IMG/VR virus record: IMGVR_UViG_3300025673_000006
Location: 1 to 42,018 of that record
DNA: 42,018 nt
Direction: 5' to 3' (one strand)
DNA from: a virus
Taxonomy: Duplodnaviria; Caudoviricetes
This document shows positions 35,569-42,018 of the stretch, piece after piece (position 1 is the first letter of the stretch; the number at the start of each line of letters is the position of its first letter). The notes beneath the pieces are model-generated. The model was not told the DNA's origin. It did not search any database and worked only from the letters and a program-made list of their open reading frames with translations. The position numbers and the translations under genes were made by a program.

Positions 35569-36257
35569 GTTGGCGGGGCGCGATAAAGGCAGGGACAGAC
35601 ACTGCCGTAGATATCATCAAAGAGAATGCGAAGGTTGACCGTGCCGCAGAGTTGTATCAAACCAAGCGTCAGAACTCTATGACAGACGCCATGGAACTCT
35701 TCAATAAAAAGGCAGTGGCTACAGCAGATGCCGCAACGGGAGTACTTGACTCTAACTACGGGTATAAAAACCTCAAGGAGTTCAACACTCAGATAAACGC
35801 TCAGGCTGAAGAGGCTATTGGTAAGTCTGCGGTAGAAAGGCACGGGAAGGTTGACCAAGGAGACATCACTCGTAACGCCCGTAGTAAGTCTACCCATGCG
35901 GCTGAGTTATCCAAGATGTATAAGACTGCGTATACCAACGGTATGCGGAACCTAACCATACCCACCATTAGTGACATGATGTTGCAAGAGACCGCGAGGC
36001 AGAAGAAAGAACAAATGACCGGTAAGATGGGAGGTCAGAAATGGGTAGCATCTATTCTTGGGAGTTATAAAAACCCAGTATTAGAAGGTCTGCTGGGGAA
36101 TATTCCACCAGACCTAGTAGAGGATAGGGTCAGGGCGCAAAAAAATATAGACGCTCTGATTGCGAACCCAGACCCCAAAATAACCAAGGAAATGAAAACG
36201 GCAAGACTGATTCAGCTTAAAAAAGCGTGGAAAGTTGGCACAGGGTTAGAGTGGTAG
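35565..36257 (+). CDS. Putative internal virion protein
   Basis: 230-aa helical protein, ATGA coupling, AAGGAG SD. Confidence 0.65.
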   Translation: MSWRGAIKAGTDTAVDIIKENAKVDRAAELYQTKRQNSMTDAMELFNKKAVATADAATGVLDSNYGYKNLKEFNTQINAQAEEAIGKSAVERHGKVDQGDITRNARSKSTHAAELSKMYKTAYTNGMRNLTIPTISDMMLQETARQKKEQMTGKMGGQKWVASILGSYKNPVLEGLLGNIPPDLVEDRVRAQKNIDALIANPDPKITKEMKTARLIQLKKAWKVGTGLEW

Positions 36258-36293
36258 TCATTTTTAGTCTCAGATATACACACTGGAGTTTAC

Positions 36294-39200
36294 ATGGAAA
36301 GTAAGGTTAACACCCAACAAGGTAGTGGGTACGCGGGGTTGTCTGAAGAGTTGGACGCTATACTTAATGGTCAGGGGGAAACTCAACCAGATGAAATTCA
36401 ACCTTCCTATAGTAGTGGATATGACAGCCTGTCTGAAGAGTTGGACGCCATACTGAATGGTCAGGTAGATAGCCAGCCCGTAGAGGCAACCGCTGAACCT
36501 AGTGACAGGTGGGTAGATGTCCCAGATGTCCCCAAATCTACAGGGAGGTTTGATGACATGGCCCTCCAGTTTTCAGGGGCTGTAAATACAGGACTAGCCA
36601 GTGCCGCACGTACTGCTGACACATTGTTCAGTGATGGAGTGGACGGGGAGTTTATCCAGCGGTTGAAGAAGAATTCCGAAGAACTCCATGCGGCTTTATC
36701 CGATGAGCAGAAAGAGGCTAACAGAGAAGAGTTCTTTCTTGACAACCCAGACGGCAGTTGGTCGTTAAACCCAGACGCTTTCACTGGACGTAAAATTGGT
36801 GGGGTCATGGCACAAGGTCTTGGGTCACTGCCCCCTATGTTGATGGGTGGCTGGGGGATAAAAGGTCTAGGTGCTGTTAGTGTTGGTGGTAAGACCCTGA
36901 ACAAAACTGTTGATTTTTTAGCAGGTCAAACCGCTAAAGGGTATGCGAAAGCATCAAGACCCTTAACCACGAAAAAGTACTTACGGAAAGCGTTGGAGGT
37001 TGGGGAGAAGATAGCCTCCACGGCTTACAAAGGTAAAGCATTTGGCGCGGCATCTACAGCCATGGTTGTGGGTGGGGTGTCTGGTGATATTCAAGATCAC
37101 ATAAGATCAATGCCCCAAGAGGTGTTGGGCAAAGCACCCGTCTACCTAGAGAAGCGAGACGATTTACTTGATCAAGGAATCCCATTAGCCAAGGCCGAGG
37201 CTCAAGCTAGAGAAGAGGTGGCCCTAGAATTAGGCCAATGGGGTATGGCGAAATCCGCCCCCTTAGCTCTACTACTTGGCTCAGTTGCTGGTCGGTATAT
37301 AGAGGAAGCCTTCACCGCTAAGATAACGGGTAATGCGATTACAAGATCGGTAATCGGCATTGGTATGGAGACAGTTACTGAGGCTGGAGAAGGGGCGCAA
37401 GAACAATACGTCAGAAATACCAAGCTACAGGAAGTTGACCCGTCAATAAAAACTTGGCAGGGAGTAGGGGAGTCTGCCACGGCAGAAGGCATTGGTGGGT
37501 TCGGAGTCGGGGGTGGCATTAGTGTGGCTGGGGCTTCTGTGCGGAGAATGGAACTGAGAGGTTCTGATCTAAGACAACAGGAAGAGTTGTTATCCCAACA
37601 GCTTAACCAAGACGGCTCTGGACGAGTACAGAGCCATCTGGACGAGCAACTACGTCAGACACAAGAACAAGAACAAGAACAAGAACAAGAACAAGAACAA
37701 GAGCAAGAGCAGGTTATCTTCTCAGCAGAAGACATGGCTGAACTCTCAAGGTTAGAGGCTATAGTCCTTGAAGAAGAACAGGCGGCCTTACTACTTAATA
37801 GGCACAGGGAAAAGATAAGACGCCAAGAAGAAATACTTAACAGAGATGTAGTCCCATCTGAGGTAGATGCCGCGTACCAACAAGTAGACACGCAGACCCA
37901 AGAACAAGTAGAGGCGTCATACACACAACAAGAAAACCAAGGGACTGAGCAACTAGCTGAGACCCTGTCAGATAGGGCTGTCAACAGCTTTAATTCTGGT
38001 ATACAACAAGCGGAAGACCACGCAATAGCGGAAGACGAGAAGTCTGAACGACTGCTGACTGCCTTAGCACAACGTGACGATATCCTCTCCAAGCACCCTT
38101 CCTTCCAAGGGGAGACATTGGTATTCCTTGACGAGCTTCAAGAGTCCGTGCAAGGAGAGGCTGTAGTAAAGAATATTGCTGAGAGAGAAATCACAGCACT
38201 TAATAATGCCGTGGATTCACTAGAGTCTTTGCCTAAGATGACCGAGCAACAAGGTCGGCTATACGAGGACGCAGTTGAACTCCTAGACATGGGTGGTATG
38301 GGGGTTGACATTGCCAACACACTAACTCAACGCATCCAACGGACGTTGCCAACAACAGAGACAGTTGTTGAAGCGACTGAGCAGGTTACTGAGCAGTTAG
38401 TTGAAGAGGTATATGAAGAGTCCCATATTGGGACAGAGACTCAGACGATTAAAAGTGTCGGTGACCCGAATGTATTAGCGGGGGCGATTGACGGAATTGA
38501 CGTTGAGATAACTAAGGATGAGATAACAGAGGTTTGGTCGTACACAAACCCAGAGACAGGGGAAGTTACGGCACTGACAGAACCCGAAGGTAATATAAAT
38601 TCTGCGAAAGAAAAACTAAAGACTATAGTTGGCGATCCAACTGTGGACTTAGAATCATTAAGAAAATCAGACCTCAAGCTTTCCACGGGTGAGGGTCAGG
38701 TAAGCGGAGAGACTACGGAGACAATCTCCTCGCTACTTTCCTCGACATACAACAAGGCTAAGGCATTACTAAAGAATAAAGAGATTGTCGTAGTGCAGTC
38801 TGTCGCTGACTTACCACAGGCTATGCAAGAACGTGGCCGTGCTAATGCAAGCGTGGATGTGACTAAGCGGGTTGAGGGTTTATACGACCCCCAGACCAAG
38901 ACAACTTTCATCGTTGCGGATCAAGTAAACGCAGAATCCATTAACAAGGTTTTCCTCCACGAGATGTTGCACAAAGCACTCGCAGAAAACCCAAAACTTA
39001 AAGCGAAACTAGAGGCTAACATTGGTGGCCTGAAGAAAGTATTTGAGCAAGTTGAGTCTGGGAAGTTCTCAGGTGAACTTGGCAACATATACGAGAGAGC
39101 AATGTCCCGTGTGGACAAAGCGAAGACTTCTCCAGAGCAAAGGTTTGAGGAATTCCTAGCCTACCTTGTCACAGAATATAACAACAACCCTAAGAACCTA

Positions 39201-42018
39201 CCTGCTAAGTTAGCCAAGTTAGTTAAAGACTTGATCGCTCAAGTCCGTCACGCACTTATGGGTATGGGGGTAGAGTGGAATCACCTAACCCCTGCTGACT
39301 TAAACGCCATGGCTATCGCGGCTATCAAGACACAAGGTACTGCTGTCCAAGGTGACACTGTTCTAGCGAGTGATGTTAAGAAGACTAAGCAAGAAAACCT
39401 AGATGCATGGGTAGGCGGTCATCCTATCTTAGAAGCCAGTGAGGTTAACGACTACAACTTCCAAGAAGGCGAAGGGGTCGTGATGAAAGTTAATCACGGG
39501 ACTACCCACGACTTCAACGAGTTCGATGCTACGTCAGGTAACAAAGACGGGTACTGGGGAGCGATGAACTACTTCACCACAGACTACGGTGATGCGGATC
39601 AGAACTACGGGCATGAAAAAGGTAGTGATCTCGACAATCGAGTCTCGTTCTTGGCAGATGACCTAGAGGCAAGTGAGTATGAACTCTCATCCGAGGTTAT
39701 AAGCAAAGCAGAGCAAGAACTCGCAAGTGATCTTTCTCAAGTTAACGAGATCATGGGTAAACCTAAAGTAAAGGTTACTGCCGAGTTCAGAAAGACACAC
39801 GCACAGAAGATAACAGGTAGGGGTTACGAACTTGAGGCAAAATCTAGACTAGTTGGGGATGACCCTAAAGTCCTTGAGGTTTATGTAAAACTAAACAACC
39901 CTTTTGTCATTGGGGGTACGCAGACTTGGTTGTCTTTCACAGACCCAGAATCACACAGAGCAGACGCAGAAGAATCTGTAGCTAGTAGCTATGGGGAAGA
40001 GGTGACTGATGAGTTCCGTCAAGAACGCGAAGACGAGATTCAAGATGAGATATACGAACTACAGGCACAGGAAGAGAACCCCCTAACTGAGGCTATCACT
40101 TCTGTAGCATATGACTATGACTTAGATGCGGGACGCATTCTCGCAGACCTTGTTGACTACGCTGACGAAATAACCACAGATCAGCTAGTCAAAACTCTCC
40201 GTCAAAATGGAGAAATCATGGAGGTTTATGATGAGTCTACAGGGGATATGGTCAGTCAGGGTGAAGTGATCAACAAGATCATTGAAGAGTTGGGCTATGA
40301 CGGCATCGTCATGAAGAATGCTGACAAGGTCTTTCTAGGAATGGACATGGGAGCGGGTACTACCCACGTTCATGTGTTCCATGAGAACAGAAACCACATT
40401 AAGAGTATCGATGGTAACGAGACCTACGATGGCAACAACCCTAATATATACAAGTCTACTAAGGGTAAGACAACCCTAGAACAACGTATGACGTTGTCGG
40501 GTAAGGATGCTATCGCACCTGTGCCTGAGTTGTCTGCGAAGATGACTGAGATGGGTGATGATATTAATCAAGGTGAGTACAACGATACCATTGATGAGTT
40601 CAAACCTGTCGCTGAGTACAAGGCTGTTCCTGAGATCGCCACTACTGAAGAGACTTACTTTGGGCTTAGTCGTGAAGGATTCGTTAAGGGAGATAGAGAG
40701 AACAACAAGCAGAAGAAAGTTTCTGTTCTAACAGAAGAACACAACGACAAGCCTATCGCTCTGCGTTTAGACATACCCTCGTATAAAAACAACGGTGTGT
40801 GGGTGGTGACCGTTCACGAACCTTCAAATGCTAAGGGTACTAATGTTGGTAAAGCACTGTCTTACCAAGGCGCGGCAGTAATCAAAGGTGATATCCAATT
40901 CACCACCACGGATGAAGGTGCGGCACAGGACATTGCGAAGGGAGGCTCCAAGACTCCGATAGCTGTGATGCAAGGTGACTACGTTCATATGTCTGATGTT
41001 GAGATTAAAGCATACGCAGACGAGGCTATCCAAAGTGATGAGTGGACTCAGGTCGGATACGATCCTCAGAAACATTCGTACTGGTTTAACCGTGGGGATC
41101 ACACAGTTCCTATTACTTCCGCGTCTGAGGTTATCCAAGTCGGTAACTTGATTCTAGCGAAGGATGCAGTTGAAGGATTCCAAGATGACTTCTTATTCTC
41201 TGTTGCGCCAACTCCTACCGATCCAGTTCTTGTTGCGGCCCTTGAAAAGTCGGGGGGTATGGCTAATAAGCCAAAGAGTCCTAAAGACAGGTTAGAGAAG
41301 ACTACTAAGAACATCAAAGGGTTCTTCACACGGCAGAATCTTGCTGATCAATACGACTCGTTCAGGCGCGTAGGTGACAATAAGACAAGTTGGATGCTGG
41401 CGCGGATGAGTAACCTTGGCTCTAACATTGTCGAGGGTGCAATCAAGATCGGGTCTCCTGTATTCCACGAAGACAATAGTGGAGGGTTGACTTACAAGGC
41501 AGGGTCTAGAAGTTTGACAGACATCTTCGACCCACTACGGGGAGAGATAGATTACTTCTTAGCCTTCCGTGCTGGACACCGTGGCGAGAGTTTCCTTCTG
41601 GAGGCAGAGGCTGGAAAGGTTGAGGTTAATGACCTGACGTACACTATGAAGTTGGCGAAGAAACGCAGAACCGCAGTACGTAATGCTATCAAGAACCGAG
41701 TTAACCTGACAAAGGTAGAGCGACAATCCCTTATCGCAGAGGAAAAAGAGATAAACGCTCACCTCAAAGTTAAAAAATCGGAACTCAAAGTAGCGGGCGA
41801 AAGGGCTAAATCAAAAGAGAAGTTATTCACCCCTGCTGAAGTGCAAGCACTCAAGAACCTACCTGACACATTGGAAGGTGATCTAGGCGGGCGGTCAAGA
41901 CGCGAGGTCTATGAAGAAGTGGCTCAAGAATTTGATGCCATGCATGATGACTTTGTTCAGCTTGGGGTTAAGACAGGGCTGTTCAGCGAACAACAGGCTC
42001 AAAAGTGGAAAGATGGTG
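36294..42018 (+). CDS. Giant polyvalent internal virion protein (>1900 aa, runs off right edge) with HExxH metallopeptidase-like and ART-like domains
   Basis: ATG 36294 with GGAG SD. Same frame verified by hand at 38940, 39480, 40260 and 41940, and the ORF track lists no stop-terminated ORF in this frame. VEGLYDP...FLHEMLH...EEFLA; VNHGTTHDFNEF...NYFTT...VYVKLNNP...LGYDGIV...HIKSIDGN. Confidence 0.85.
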   Translation, partial: MESKVNTQQGSGYAGLSEELDAILNGQGETQPDEIQPSYSSGYDSLSEELDAILNGQVDSQPVEATAEPSDRWVDVPDVPKSTGRFDDMALQFSGAVNTGLASAARTADTLFSDGVDGEFIQRLKKNSEELHAALSDEQKEANREEFFLDNPDGSWSLNPDAFTGRKIGGVMAQGLGSLPPMLMGGWGIKGLGAVSVGGKTLNKTVDFLAGQTAKGYAKASRPLTTKKYLRKALEVGEKIASTAYKGKAFGAASTAMVVGGVSGDIQDHIRSMPQEVLGKAPVYLEKRDDLLDQGIPLAKAEAQAREEVALELGQWGMAKSAPLALLLGSVAGRYIEEAFTAKITGNAITRSVIGIGMETVTEAGEGAQEQYVRNTKLQEVDPSIKTWQGVGESATAEGIGGFGVGGGISVAGASVRRMELRGSDLRQQEELLSQQLNQDGSGRVQSHLDEQLRQTQEQEQEQEQEQEQEQEQVIFSAEDMAELSRLEAIVLEEEQAALLLNRHREKIRRQEEILNRDVVPSEVDAAYQQVDTQTQEQVEASYTQQENQGTEQLAETLSDRAVNSFNSGIQQAEDHAIAEDEKSERLLTALAQRDDILSKHPSFQGETLVFLDELQESVQGEAVVKNIAEREITALNNAVDSLESLPKMTEQQGRLYEDAVELLDMGGMGVDIANTLTQRIQRTLPTTETVVEATEQVTEQLVEEVYEESHIGTETQTIKSVGDPNVLAGAIDGIDVEITKDEITEVWSYTNPETGEVTALTEPEGNINSAKEKLKTIVGDPTVDLESLRKSDLKLSTGEGQVSGETTETISSLLSSTYNKAKALLKNKEIVVVQSVADLPQAMQERGRANASVDVTKRVEGLYDPQTKTTFIVADQVNAESINKVFLHEMLHKALAENPKLKAKLEANIGGLKKVFEQVESGKFSGELGNIYERAMSRVDKAKTSPEQRFEEFLAYLVTEYNNNPKNLPAKLAKLVKDLIAQVRHALMGMGVEWNHLTPADLNAMAIAAIKTQGTAVQGDTVLASDVKKTKQENLDAWVGGHPILEASEVNDYNFQEGEGVVMKVNHGTTHDFNEFDATSGNKDGYWGAMNYFTTDYGDADQNYGHEKGSDLDNRVSFLADDLEASEYELSSEVISKAEQELASDLSQVNEIMGKPKVKVTAEFRKTHAQKITGRGYELEAKSRLVGDDPKVLEVYVKLNNPFVIGGTQTWLSFTDPESHRADAEESVASSYGEEVTDEFRQEREDEIQDEIYELQAQEENPLTEAITSVAYDYDLDAGRILADLVDYADEITTDQLVKTLRQNGEIMEVYDESTGDMVSQGEVINKIIEELGYDGIVMKNADKVFLGMDMGAGTTHVHVFHENRNHIKSIDGNETYDGNNPNIYKSTKGKTTLEQRMTLSGKDAIAPVPELSAKMTEMGDDINQGEYNDTIDEFKPVAEYKAVPEIATTEETYFGLSREGFVKGDRENNKQKKVSVLTEEHNDKPIALRLDIPSYKNNGVWVVTVHEPSNAKGTNVGKALSYQGAAVIKGDIQFTTTDEGAAQDIAKGGSKTPIAVMQGDYVHMSDVEIKAYADEAIQSDEWTQVGYDPQKHSYWFNRGDHTVPITSASEVIQVGNLILAKDAVEGFQDDFLFSVAPTPTDPVLVAALEKSGGMANKPKSPKDRLEKTTKNIKGFFTRQNLADQYDSFRRVGDNKTSWMLARMSNLGSNIVEGAIKIGSPVFHEDNSGGLTYKAGSRSLTDIFDPLRGEIDYFLAFRAGHRGESFLLEAEAGKVEVNDLTYTMKLAKKRRTAVRNAIKNRVNLTKVERQSLIAEEKEINAHLKVKKSELKVAGERAKSKEKLFTPAEVQALKNLPDTLEGDLGGRSRREVYEEVAQEFDAMHDDFVQLGVKTGLFSEQQAQKWKDG
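37662..37712 (+). repeat. 6-bp microsatellite encoding (QE)n
   Basis: CAAGAA x6 then CAAGAG x2. Confidence 0.95.

Noticed and set aside
36461-41762. Many minus-strand ORFs in the ORF track
   Set aside because: Shadows of the unlisted giant + strand ORF; no SDs or motifs noted.
36294-42018. N4-like virion RNA polymerase
   Set aside because: Despite the N4-gp56-type capsid, no RNA polymerase motifs were recognised in the visible part; the motifs fit polyvalent proteins.
1-42018. tRNA genes, integrase or att site
   Set aside because: None recognisable by eye; they may lie outside the window. tRNAscan-SE and the full genome would settle this.

Overview
The window is most of the genome of a tailed, podovirus-type phage, cut at both ends. 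From left to right it holds: a cI/cro-like switch; a rightward replication module (TOPRIM plus VirE/SF3 primase-helicase, family A DNA polymerase, MazG-like NTP-PPase); a leftward AT-rich early region of mostly unknown small genes, including DUF932-like and GP88-like proteins, driven by three matching sigma70 promoters; and a rightward packaging/structural module. That module runs terL, Q-like antiterminator, HNH cassette, late promoter plus terminator, putative terS, portal, scaffold, N4-gp56-type capsid, adaptor, nozzle, tail fibre, triple-LamG adhesin, chaperone, membrane/DUF1353 genes, ejection proteins, a 1701-aa repeat-rich protein, and a >1900-aa polyvalent protein with metallopeptidase and ADP-ribosyltransferase-like domains. 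No integrase, endolysin, RNA polymerase, tRNA or CRISPR array is recognisable. The most notable non-coding signals are: (1) a promoter with MerR-family geometry pointing at the repressor gene; (2) an AGCAnnTGCT palindrome recurring at early, cro and late promoters and in a putative origin; (3) a compact three-way-junction RNA ahead of the HNH gene; (4) a lambda-like Q/pR'/tR' arrangement that leaves terL outside the putative Q-controlled operon. All calls come from reading motifs by eye; no searches were run.
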